NCBI GenBank assembly: GCA_050273025.1
Contig: CP158636.1
Span: 4,278,001 to 4,342,000, forward strand
Source of the DNA: Cenococcum geophilum
Taxonomy: Eukaryota
Direction: 5' to 3'
Length of the DNA stretch: 64,000 bases
This document shows, piece by piece, positions 12,500-25,700 of this stretch. Numbering within the stretch: position 1 is the first letter of the stretch; each line of letters opens with the position of its first letter. The position numbers and the translations under genes were made by a program. Under the pieces are notes generated by a model. The model was not told the DNA's origin and made no database searches. It saw only the letters and a list, made by a program, of their open reading frames with translations.

Positions 12500-14020
12500 A
12501 CTCGTGCTATATCTAGTTTAGCAAGTATCTTAGTTTTTACTTCGACACTAGTATTAATTAGTTTCTTCTAAGGTAGCTCCTAAACTTCGGCAGCCTTTTA
12601 AAGTTGCTCTTAGGCTTATAGGAGTAACTGAGCTGCTAAGGGGCGTTATAGGGGACTAAAAGCGACTATCGCTTTTAAGTCTTTAAATAGTGTCTTATTT
12701 GCCGTGGCTCTAATAATATTAAATACGTCCTGTTAGGATGCCTGCTAGAATAGATCCCTAAGATCTAATCTTATATAAAGAGCCTCTAATCTTAAATAGA
12801 ACCTATACTTATCTCTTATATTAAATATAGTAACTGCTAATAACTAGACGTTAGCCTTTACTAACTACCTCCCCTTAATATAAACCTCCGGTGCTATATA
12901 AAGGCTTATACTATAATACGTTTTTATAGATACCACCTTATTATAAATACTAAAATCCCCTAGCCGGAAGTAATAGCTACTAGTAGTGGCCTTATAGAGA
13001 ATATTGGTAGGTTTAATGTCCTAATAGATAAATAAATTCTAATCTAGATAGTTAAGAGCGTGGAGGATATGGTTAAAGGCAATAGGATAATAGTGGGTAT
13101 TACTTAAGCCGCGGAGATCATCCAATAAACTATCTATAAGTTTAGTGAACATGTTAATCGCACTAGTAGTTATCTTATGCTATATATATTTAACAATATA
13201 CATCTATAGAAAAAGTTAGTATAGATAAAAATTATTACAACTATATATTGTAAGAGATTAAACGTATATAAGTAAGACGTGTAATAGTCTTAACCTCTTA
13301 TTTAATATAAATTAAATCGGCTTTATCTAACAAAATTGACTTTTTTACGATATACGCACCAGAATCTATATTAAGAGCTTAGAAAACCGCCCTAAACTAG
13401 CCTCTGCTAATGCCCTGTAGGGTTTTATATTACATCCCTAGTGCCTTTATAGGAGTATAGATTCTTATTATCCGTTAAGATAGTAAAACGGTCGGCACTT
13501 CTTTAACTGTCCGCGCAAACCTAGGGTCCTCTACCCTTTTAGATAAGTCATTAAGTTAGGTCTCCAACTTTTCCAAGACGTTATCTCTATACTAGAGAAA
13601 CTCAAACCAAACCAGTGTTAAAGCCATGCCACCCATTCCAATCTTAGTATTTCTAGTAGGGAGTAGAATAACCTTACGCTTGCGACCGGCCTTAAAGGGG
13701 GTAGGACGCGCCCCTAAGACCTAGGTAGTGTGTTAGCTGCTATAGTCTTAAAGAAGAATAACTCTACTTTAAAGAATGCAGAACTTATATTAAAGCTTAG
13801 AGATTTAGGGTTCCTAAACCATTATATTATAATCTAAACGTCCGATAGTAGCAAAATATTCTAAAGAGCGTGAGTTAAGAAACGGGCTAATATCTAGTCC
13901 TAGGGCATTATCTGGCAATTAGGACACCAGATAATAATTAAGTAGATCTTAAACTACTTATTCCGCTTTTACATTTATTAGCTTTAGTATAAACAGTAAT
14001 AATAGCCGAGGGCATAGATA
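12500..14020 (-). pseudogene. FHA-domain + Ser/Thr protein kinase, RIP-inactivated
   Basis: Minus translation: FATIGRLDYNIMV*EP*ISKL*YKF...VILL*DYSS (FHA-like, ~13730-13860); LQGISRG*FRAVF*ALNIDSGA (Gly loop); FIY*DIKPTNILY..FRLGDFS; APEV; KANV*LLAVT. Confidence 0.85.
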
Positions 14021-17000
14021 TTACAAATTTATTATTCTTAGAAAAGCTTATTATAGGACTGATAATAAACAGCTTTCTAGATTTAAGTGCGGTGCTATTA
14101 ATTTTACTATAATAATGGCCGCCGTACTGCCTAAGAAGCGGTATAGCACCATTATCTCTACACTAATAAAGCTTATACGATCTTGCACGCTAAGTATATC
14201 TAAGGTAGTAAGAAAGCTGGACAAAGAGTGGGTTATATAAGGCGCAAGGTTATTTATTCTGGAAGAAGCTATAAGCGCAGTAGTACGCTGCTATAGCTGT
14301 ATCCTGGCGCTTTAGGTCCCTGCCCTACATTCGCTACTTAGGGTCGCGCCATCTCACCTAAATCCCGCATCTTACCCACTTTTATCCCTCTATTCTATCC
14401 CTTTACCTACGTTTTATTTACCTTTAGGAAGTGCCGGAATATTATATTCTCTTACCTAAATTTAACGCACCCTTAAAGCGATTAATTTATAAGATCTAGA
14501 GCATAGATGGTATCTTCTTAATAATCTACTACCCCTATATTACTTAGAAGAGCTAACTTATAGCCTTAGCCCCGAGCCTATATACGCCGTTAATACCCAT
14601 TAAGTATGCCCTAATTAACGATTTAATTAAAACTAATTTAATAAGGAAGAACGGCTTCACAATAACTATATTAAAGGGAGACTTAGCAAAACCAGTTTAG
14701 ATATTAGGAAATTAGTAATAGAGAGAGTAGTAGAGCGGTAGAAAGTAGAGGGCATTTGGGATAATAGCTAGGGCTTAAGACCGACAGCTATTAACCGATA
14801 GAAGAATCTAGAAGTAAGCCCTCCACCTATAGCAATCCCTTAATAATAAATACGCAATTGCCTTAAGCGAAGGGTCACTTAAATACGTTAATGAAGTCCT
14901 AATACGTATGCTAGTAAAGCTTATGCGATAGCGGACCGCTTAAGGGTTACCAAAACTTATAAAAAGCCCAAGGGTAGACGAAAAAAGAATACCGCTCTTA
15001 AGAACCACGTTACGCTTACCGTAATAATTTAATAAAGTACTCCTATAACTGCCACAGTTCTAAAACAACCCCCTCCTTAAAGAAGCGTATGGATCTCTAA
15101 AAGGCGAGCTTAGGAGCGTGCTAAAGTTAAGGGATATCGGAAGCCGACTAAATCATTATTATATACTAAAGCTATTAGGAAGTGGGGTAGGCGGTAAGGG
15201 TAAATCTAATACAATTTTATTTCCTTTTAATCCTCTAAAGCTTCTACTATAGTTCTAATTCCTCTATTTATTCTATATATTTTAGCTTATAATCTTAATA
15301 CCTAAAATTTCCCTTCTAAGCTTATAATCGTGATTCCTCTAAATTAGCTTATAATGGCGTTAGCTTATATATCTCTACTAGTTAAAACTTAAGGTTTACT
15401 AGCTTAATACTATACGCCCTATAGGCTAGGATAAAGTCTTATATCTTATTTTAAATGCCGGCATTCCTAAAGACTATATTTATTAGAATAAGATATAAGT
15501 AGAAGAGTCACTTTCGCACCTATTATTATTCTTCTTCCCTTCCGACCCTTTAATTACATAGTTTTATTTTTAACTTACTTTCTCCCCTCCCTACTTTTAA
15601 ATCTCTTAACTACCTTTTTATTTTTAACTTGCTTTCTCCCCTCCCCACTCTTAAATCTCTTAACTACCTTTTTATACTTAAATTGCTTAGCTAGCAATTT
15701 AGAAATATTTATAAAGCCTCTTTTAATTTTAATAAATAACTTTCTTCTAATAATCTCCGGGCTATCCTTCTTTATTAAGTTAAAATAAAGAATTTTAAGA
15801 ACCTAGTTAATTAGACTACTAATAGCCTAACTAAAGTAAGTCTACTTATAAAAGTGCTATCCAACTTAATTAGTTTATTTATTCTTTATACTACCTAATC
15901 TTTATAGCCTAAAATAAAAATTATAGCTTATAATCTCTAGCAGAATTTAGTATATACTTACTTAGATTATAGTATTACTATATTAAGACCATTTTTCTTA
16001 TAAAGATTATACGATCTTAGCAGCCTATAAGAACCTCCCTAATATGCGGTAGCTATACCACGATTCCAATACCTTTAGCTATTAGAATTACCGTTCTAAA
16101 GTTACCTAGCCTAGGAGGTAATCTATAAGGTTCGTTAACCCAGCTCAGAAACTTATTTTCTTTTTAATAGACTAATTTATAGATAAATCCTTATCGGCTA
16201 TATTCTTCCAGGAGAAGATTAATCTCTATTCTATCTTCGTTCTACTATGTAATTATAAACGGGTATATCTACGTAAACGACTAGAAGCTTATATTAGGGG
16301 TCTAAAGTTAAATATACTAGCCGGCGCAGAAGTCTAATAGCCAGGTAAGTATAATTAAAAGGTATAAGGCATTTAAGAGGTGCTATAATACCATATTTGC
16401 TCCTAATTTCCTAAACCGGATATTGCGGTAAAATATCTACAAGGTACAAAGCACTATTATTATTCTAAGGAGACTAAGTGCCGTAATAGGATAGATTTGA
16501 TTAAGGCCAGTGCTAGGATTTATATATTGTAATATTATAAGCCCTACAAAGACTATAAGAGTATAGTAAGATTTTAGAAAAATTTTGTAGTAGAACCTTT
16601 AAACGTAAGGGAAAAGCATAAACTGGGTTAATAAGACAAAAGCCTAAATATATCTTAGTTACTTTCTAAAATATTTAGATTATAACAAACTAAAAATCCG
16701 GTTAAATGGCTGGAATTTTTAAAAGAAAAATTCCGCTATGCTAAAATAACTAAAAAGTAGAAAATGCTTTACACTATAGTTATAATAGCAATTAAGCTAT
16801 AAAGCTGCGTATAGCTCCGTAATAATATACCAATAATATTAGCTACTAGGCCTAAGGGACTTGCTAAAAGAAGAGGTATAAAATTAATAATTGCAAGCGT
16901 TCTAGCTCTTAAGCTAGCATTAAAAAGAGATTATACGCTAAGAATATTGTATATAATAGTTCCTAACTAGTATATTGCTTAGATTAAGGCTTAGTACCTA

Positions 17001-20000
17001 GAGAGTGGTATAGTAAAATATAACCCTTAGTAGATTCGCGGGTAAACGAGATGGTTAAGGACAAATATATAAACTAATCGATATTTAAAACGAGAGAGAA
17101 AAGATAGAAGCCTAAAAATATAGAATATTATAAGGATACTGCCCGCGGCAAGAGTATATATCTTAGCAATCTCCATAGTGTTATGTTTTAGTAAAAGAAT
17201 AAAGAAAGTATATATACTTCTTCTTTAATCTAAAAATAAATCCCCATATATAAAAACAAAATCTATATTTAAAAATAAAATACTAAGACTTTTTTATAGG
17301 TTTTTTTTAGAATTATATTTATTATAAGCCCTACTGTTAGTAATATAAGGTAATATTATATATCTATAAGTTGTAGGTAGTATAATGATTGTTATTCTAT
17401 ATTCCTCTTACTTAAGGAAGGGCGAGGAGCTTAAGGCTCCTCGCTACGCTAGTGCCGCGGCGATACGTAACGGCAACTTGCCTATATTCCCAACACCTAC
17501 CTTATAGGGATGGGCGCTACAATCTAAATAGGGCTAGCCTTTACTAAGGCCAAAAAGTACACTAAAATACGTAAATAAATACTGTAGTTAATCTAGTTTA
17601 ACCGATTTTATAACTAGTTTAAGCCTTAAAATTATATTTTAGATTAGTTTTAGCTTTATTTTTTAAACCTAACCTAACTATTAATATTACTAGAAAGATA
17701 AGGTAGAACCTATAAAAATTAATATATAGAGCCTAGCTCTATACTAAAGTTCTAATCTTAACCTCCTCTAATACAACCTTATCTAACGCGGCTTAGCGTA
17801 GCCTATACCATAGCTCCCTCTAAAACGCCTCTAGCGCAGTTCCCTTTAGTATAGCTCTATCCGGCGTATTCTCTTTACCTTCCCTATTAATAGCGGTAGT
17901 TTTAGATATACGCCTTAATGCACTACTATTAAGCCCATTAAGGGTTATATAGCTACTATTATATATTAGTCCATAATATAAGTTAAAGGGGGAGAAAATA
18001 GTACCTATAGGTAGGTAGTGGCTTAGAATATTCTATAGCGTTATCTGCTTCTCTAATTTTCCAAATCTAATTACGTATCTTCCTAAAAGTCCTCTAGATG
18101 GTACGATTTGGATTAAATAAAAATATTATAACAATGCACATCTTTAAGGTAAAGTAGTTAATTAATTCTTTAAGTTAAAGTCTTTTAAGGACGTATATAT
18201 ATGCCCTATATTTTATTTTTATTATTATATATATAGAGTTAACTAAGTTTATTTTTATTCTAAGACGTTAGACGTCTTAAACTGTAATTAAAAGTGGTAA
18301 AAGTTGTATAATTCCTATCTATACTTTACTAAAATTATAATGATCTTACCTCTATTACTTATCCCACTATCTTTTTAAGCTCCGCCTCCTTAATCTACTT
18401 AGAAAAAGAAATACTATAATCCTCTTCTATACCTTAGTTATATCTTAAACTCTTTCTAAACTTATCTTCATTCTAAACCACTATTTAAGTCTTATTAACC
18501 GTTAAACGCTTATTAGCCCCATTTGGAGAACCTAACTCGTCGGCCTTAGACTATGCCATCCCCTTGTAAATATATAATGCTCTAGAATTATATAATAGAT
18601 CGGCAAGACTTTCTTCTTTTTAATTTAAGAGTAAGAAGGAAGTTAACTTAGAAAGAGGTTATAAGAGAGTTTAGGAGATTAGATTAGCGAACTTATAGAT
18701 TATTAACGCTTTAGATAAGATTTGCAAGGCTATTAGAAAAGTATAATATAATAGGCTAAGAAAATAGATAAGACTTCTGTTTACTAGACTATATAAATAA
18801 GAATATAAAATTCCCACTAAACTACTAAATAAAAGCGAGAGTTAACAATATAAAAAGACTAGTAAAAGGTGGAAGAAAAATTCCCCCGCTATTTACTGGT
18901 TAAGTTGAGGACTAGGGCTAAAGAGTAGGTTAAAAGATAGTACTATTAGGGATGCTAGCGTCGCCCATTCCTATTTAATGACTCCCTCTAAGGTTAGTTA
19001 GGTTTATAGGAAATAATATTAGTGTTTAATAACTTTTAGCTATTTTAACCGGGCTAGTGCTAGTAATTCCTCCTTGCCAATGGCTACTCCTAGCATTTAG
19101 TTTCGTGGTTAACTGTCTAATAATACTGCTCGTCTATAGGGTAAACTATAGCAGACGAGCATTATAAAGGAATTCTTCTATATTTGGCCTAGGGTTAATG
19201 GTAAAGACTATATTAGTATAGCAATGTAAAACTAGTAGCGTTTATTTATAGAAAAACCATTATAGACTTATATGTTAGATAAAAAAGAAAATAATATCGT
19301 CTATACGGTTCTTAGGGTTAAAATAGAGAAAGTTAGTATTAAAAATCCCGTTAGGTGTATATAGATTCTTAAGTAAGGATTATAACATGGTATAGTTTAG
19401 TTTAAGAAACTAAAAGTAGATAATATCTCTAATGGGCGCGGATATTTAATTTAGGGAAACATTAAATCTCCCTAAGTACTAACTTAGATAGTATGGATTA
19501 GCGATAAAAAAGTTATAGTAGGAGACGCAGTCGCGATAATCTTAACGCTAAGCTTAACGTCTACTTTAAGCTTACCTCCTTTAGGCGTAGTTACCAGTAT
19601 ATCCGCCCTAACTTTAATCAATAGAGACTAATTAACACTATAATTTATTAGGACTAGATTTCTGCAATAACTATAATCTACCTACTTAGCAATTACTCCT
19701 AGAGATTAATAGTATACTACTATAACCGCGCGTAAAACAAAAAAGAGAAGTGTATATATATTTAGTATTAAGTTTAGGGTATAAGGGCTATTTTAATTTT
19801 TATAATTTAAGAAGAAATTTTTTATTAAATATAGTCTTAAGTTCTAAAAATAATGGCTAGAGATATATATATAGGAATACTAAAATTATCTTAAGGATTA
19901 GGCTTTTAATCTTTAGACGCCCTACTTATATATTTTTTCTTAGCATTTATATATATTAGCCAGCTTAGCTCTAAAATTAAAAAGTTAAATAAGAACTCTA

Positions 20001-20382
20001 TAAGCGCCAGATATCCTCTAACCCTCTTTTTATCTACTTTTTATTAAACACTTTATTGAGAAATATTGTCCAGGATTATCTCCTAAAAAGCTCCTACCCT
20101 AAAACATCTAGAATGTGTATTTCTTAGGTTAATAATAATAAGGCCGTTTTGGATGTTTAAAGCGGCAAAATTACTTTAGAAGACTTGGACGATAAGAGTA
20201 TATACCGGCTAAGTAAGATAAATAAACCAACTAGTCTATATCCAAACCCCTATAATCTATATAATAAAGATAACGGCGAGTATAACAGCTCCGCCGCTAA
20301 TTAGATAAAGTAATATTACCTAAATTCCCACCTATAGGGTTCTCGGGCGATATATAACTAAATTAATAAAATAATCTTAAAC

Positions 20383-20520
20383 GATAAATAGGAGATTAAC
20401 GGTATTATAGGGGAAAGGATAATTAAGACAGGACGCAAATATAAGGTGGTTTGGAAGGATACCTAGGTCTATAAAAGTAGGCTACTAAATATAAGGGAGG
20501 CTCTTAGGTTTTACTAAAGG
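20383..20520 (+). pseudogene. Chromodomain-like fragment, RIP-inactivated
   Basis: DK*EINGIIGERIIKTGRKYKVVWKDT*VYKSRLLNIREALRFY; reverting TAG>TGG gives WEIxGIIGER...YKVVWKDTWV, the chromodomain pattern. Confidence 0.7.
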
Positions 20521-21829
20521 CGTATTAAGTATGCTAAAGTCTAAAGCGCTAAGCAGCATCTAACTATAGTGGCGACATCGTAAGAGGGTAGAATAAATTG
20601 GAAGAGACGCTTCTCCTAAGTTATATAGAATAGCAATACTACCTTAATTACTACGGAAAAAGCTAAAAAAAGTATTGAGTGGTTCTTACTCTATAGCTAA
20701 GGTGGCAATTTATTTACTAATCTCGTCTTACGCCGTAAAAGGATATATACTTTTATTTAAAAATATATTACTACTAAGTAAATCGCTATTAATTTCAGCT
20801 AATCGTTTAAGGTTAGGTCGGAGAAGTAGAAGCCACTTAATAAAGAATTATACTTGTCGTTTTGTTATTGTATTATATCTTAAGCCAGTTAGCTTCTTAA
20901 GATGGATATTAGTTAAGGACTTACTCTAATAGCACGATTACTTTAGTAAGATCTTTTAACTATAGGTAATTGCTTACTTTTAGAAACCGAAGCCGGGGCT
21001 CTACGTCTATAGACGGGAGGAAAGATAAAATTTAAATACTATAGACGGAGTAGAATAATTTAAGAATTGCGCTAACCTTAAGGTTATACTTAAATATCCT
21101 AACGGCAGAATCTTTAGTGCCTCTTAGAATTTTCTAATCTCTATTAAATAACTTAAGCATTAGGTCATTTTAAATATAGTCTTAGGCTTTCCTACTGGAA
21201 ACGACATTATTTCACAGCTAGCTCTTTTTACACCTTTCTAAAAAGATAGCTGATTTAGCTTAGATATAGGAGTCGAAGCTTTCTCGCAATTTGACTTAAC
21301 TAATTCGCCTTTATGCGTCCTACTTTTAGCCTGCCTTATATCTTAAATATAGGCGCGGATGCAATAAACATCCTTAACCTCACTATCGGCAGAATCAACT
21401 AATTCGCTCTTACTCTAAGATTTCTATAATAAATTAATAATAATATACGCAGTCACACAGTTAAATATTAGCTGTATTGTCCGTATAATAGATAGAAGAA
21501 AAAGGCCGGAAGTAATAACTATATTATTAAATTGGGAGAACAGAATTAGAATAGGGGGCGTTAATTATTAAAAATTATAACGCAACGCGTCCAAAATATT
21601 CGTGTCGATAGTGGGGTTTAAAGAGATGCGTTACTTTTTAGATAACAATAGGGCGATATGCTCTATATTAGCGCTTCCTTCTATAAGGGCAAAGATAGTC
21701 GAATTCCCTTAAACGGCGCTAATTTTTAGGTAGTTACTGCTGCTAAAGGAATTAGTAAGGGTAGATCCACGCATAAATTAACTTACTTCTTAGGCAGCCC
21801 GCCTCTAATAATACTAAGGTCGTTCTCCA

Positions 21830-22760
21830 TAATAGAAGCCTGGCTACATTTTCTGCTATAAAACTAATAGTTAGGAGGAGGTTCCTAGTCCTCCTTAAGT
21901 GCGAAGTTAATAGCTTTAGCAATATTAACTCTATTATTTAAATTTTAATAGTATATATACGGCAACGTAATAACCATTTCCCTAGGCTAGTAATAGGTGA
22001 TTTTGTAGCGAATATACTAGAGATTAAGCAACTCCTTATACAGTATAAGATTTATATACTGGATAAATTAGAAGCAGGCTGACTCCTATACCTTAGAGTT
22101 CGATTTTCGCTTTTAAAAGCTAAAAACCTCCTTAATTCTATTTTCTAACTGGCACGTATTATTAGGGGAGACTATTAACTAAGACTTAGGGGCTCTAGTA
22201 TAAATAAGATTTATAGAGCTAAGTCCAGCATCTTCTATATATATAGTTGCCGGCGTATTCTAAGAACCACTAATATATACGTATAGTAAATATATCCCAA
22301 AAATCTTTGCCTTTATCTTATTAAGTTAAGTCCTATAGTTAAGAAGTAATTTACTACCCAAACTAATTGTTTCCCGTTTTTCGCTAGTAGAGGCAAAGTA
22401 AATTAAATACGGGAGGGTTTTATTCTAGATTTTGGTAGCGCAAAATAGGTTTATAGTAGTAGATAGTTAATAAAAAAGAATCCTTAGGATCCTAAACTTG
22501 TCTTCTTATTAATTAGAAGACGCCTAGTATATAAGGTTGCATATAGTATAGTCTATAACCTCCTTAGTGCGTAAAGGCCGTATTATATAAGCCGCATAAT
22601 TAAAGTTTAAGGGGGCACTGTGCTTCCCTATAATTTGGCCTTTTATAGATTTTAAGTAAGTAGAGAGCGCGTCTAGCGGAACCAAGACTTTAAAATAGCC
22701 AATTTTCCGTAAGGCTAGATCTCTTTTTATAATTGTTTAAATTGTTTGTATAAGATGGCT
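21830..22760 (-). pseudogene. KDM4/JMJD2 (Rph1)-like JmjN+JmjC histone demethylase, RIP-inactivated
   Basis: Minus translation: ALRKIGYFKVLVP (JmjN-like); GIYLLYVYISGS*NTPATIYIEDAGLSSINLIYTRAPKS*LIVSP (HxE motif read as Y-I-E after CAT>TAT); CF*FIQY; *PREMVITLPYIYY*NLNNRVNIAKAINFA (~21901). Colinear with the KDM4 JmjC motifs. Confidence 0.85.
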
Positions 22761-25700
22761 TATATTAATAATATCGAATTAGCTAAAACCCGTGTACTCC
22801 TAATATTCGCAAGACTCCTTTAGTCTATTATTAGGCTCTTCTCTAGCTTTATCTCTTTTAGCCTTTATAGGTACTAAAAGTCTAGTACTTCTCTTACGTT
22901 TCCGCTTAAGGCTAGCATGTTTAAGGCTGGCATACTTAAGGCGAGAGATGATTTTCTATAGCTTTATAATAATTAACCTAAGTTAGAGCCCTTTAGGCTA
23001 GGTAGACTGTGCTTAGATTAGTGCTAATAGGGGTATAATAAAGGGGACTATGCGTACTTAAGTTAAGCGTTTAAAAGCTTTAAGTAAGTTTAGGAGAGTT
23101 TGCTATAACCGTAACTGTTATAATATTATTCTTAGGCGTAGGAGAGAAGCGAGTGCGTATAGGCCCTATACCTTAATCTCAGAAGCTGCATTAAGGTGTG
23201 GTCACATGAAATTTCTTAGATTGTCCCAGCAATAGCTAGCCTATAAAAGGGCTAAGATATAGGATCTAAATTGCTTAACGTTAGGATTGTATAAAAGAGT
23301 TGCCGTGTAAAGTAGCTGGGACTTTTTCCACTTTTAGAAAAGATCGATTCTAGATCAAATAAATAGGATAGCGTTTGCTTCCTTAGCTTTAAGGTTATTA
23401 AGCTTCTACAATACCAATATATACTAGCCCTAGCGGCTCTAGGAAAATCTTATATAATAGTTAACTTCTAAAGAGATAGGGGTAGTATATAGAATAATTG
23501 GACAATGTAAATACCCCAACCTCTGCACATAAAACGACAAAGTTTAACCTCACTATAGCCACTTTAGTAGTCTTTAGTAGCCTGGCTTTATGTCGCAGTA
23601 TATAAACCCACCACGCCTATAAAGCAGAGACCACCCCTAGTACGATTTAGCGGACTTAAGAGACTTGTTCCTACAAGACGTAACATAAAAATTTTAAGAT
23701 TAAGCTAAATTAAGATACTAAAAGGAATTAACAAGGCCATAATAAAGCCCGTATAGTGTCGCCATTGCTATAAATAATAAGACAATGCTAGGCTAGAAAA
23801 TTAGGTGTAGACTATTACACCTATATTGCTACCGCTTACCCTATAGGTTTGGCATTAAAAAAGCGGGGTCTATTTTCTAATAACTTTTTATTACAATACG
23901 CTATTCTTTAAACTGGCTATACCGTGCCCTATATAATAGGTCGCATCTAATAAAAGCAAGTTTTATAGCTTGCCGCTACTTTAGCAAACTTTAAATAAGC
24001 TAGTTAGATAAAGTAGACTTTCTATAAAGCCAATACTAGTTAACCGGCATGTCTATTTAATATCGCGCATACTACACTTAAGTTAGACGCTATATTTTGG
24101 TAGAAAGTAAAAAGAGCGGTTATTTTACCGTAAAAACCCAAGTTTATAGTTAACGAAGAAATAACCCTAAAGGGAGTATTAATCGCGTTCTATATAAGGT
24201 ATATAAAGAGGTTTCTAGCGCACTTTTTTACTCAAAGTAAAAGTTATAAGAGAATTAAGATGCTAAAAATAGAAATTTTAATTTTAGTATAGTTATATAT
24301 AATTACAAACTTTTCTCTAAAACTCTACTAGGAAAATAAAGCATAAAAAAAATATATAAAGAGCACGATAGAGATAGCGGTGCCGTTTACAATTAGCGTA
24401 ATATTTAAGTATATTAGCCGTCTTTTTATTTTAAGTAATCTACTTAGGCTATAAGCAGAAGATAAGCTTAATATAGTTATTTCCCTAAACAAAGTAAGGC
24501 TTATTACTAGAGATAACAACCCTTACTAATAGCAGCCAACCCCCGAGAAATAACACCTCTTTAAAAAACACCTAAGCAAATATTCCATTATAGCGTATCA
24601 GGATCTATGCTTAGGTATTAAAAACACTATTAGAGCTATAAGAACTAAAACTGTAGAGGTATAAAACTACTAATACTATTTAACATAAGCTAATAGTTTC
24701 TAGAAAGAATTTAATTCCTATAAATATCTAACCTACGAAATTAGGAGTTAAGGGTTAGGTATAAGAGAACTACGGAATATAAAAGCTAGAAGAGAGTAGT
24801 AGAAGAGTAATGGAGTTAATAAAGGGCTTAGTAATTTAAACGTTAAAATTACAGAACTATAGTAGGAATGCCGTTTAATAAGGAAAGCTACTATTTATTA
24901 TTAGGAAAAGGCTTCGCGATATAAACAAGGGATTAACGAGTTTTTAAAAGTACTATAAAAGCTACATATTAAGACTCTATCAGAATATCCAGTGCTAAAT
25001 TTCGGTACCTAGCCAATTATTAACCTTCACTACCATTACTTCTACTGTTTAATGCCTCCTTTAACTCCCTAATTCTTACACTAACAAAGAATACCTATAC
25101 TTGCATCTCGGCTATATAATTGTTAAGATAATTAAGCCGTCTATTATTAATAATTAGTTTAGATAAAGACGTAATCCATCTAATTTCACCTACTTAGCTA
25201 TTAGCTCTTATTTAAGCAATATTAGTAAAGCAATTTTTCTTAATAATCCAAAACTTACTTTTTCTAAAGCTCTTATGCTAGTATATAGACGTTAGGTGGC
25301 TTAGAACCTATTAATATATAGGTCTCAGCCGATAATTCTAGGCTAATATATGTGCATATAAGGCCCAGATCTAAATTAGGCTAATATCCTTACTTATTCT
25401 AGTCTCCCTAATTAGGCTGCAGCTATTCTAGTATAGCCCCCTAGCTAAAAGGTTACTAGAATATATTAGAGTGTTATAGCGTAGCTATATCTAGGTTGTC
25501 TAAAAACTAAATATTATTAAAGTTAAGAGGATCGATTTTAATAAAACCCTAATTTATCTCTAGAATTTTATTTATAATTCTCTCCTAGTATTTGTTATCC
25601 GCTAGAGAGTTATAGCTAGTTATAGTAAAATACGGCCTCGTGGAAAAGGATTAATAGAGTTTAAGTAAAAGAATGTTAGTCTTACTGCGTAAGTACTCTT

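Noticed and set aside
15567..15672. ~52-bp direct duplication (similar small duplications at 14-170 and 12-bp repeats at 2905-2980)
   Set aside because: Short local duplications, probably peptide repeats in degraded genes; no terminal structure or dispersed copies in the window.
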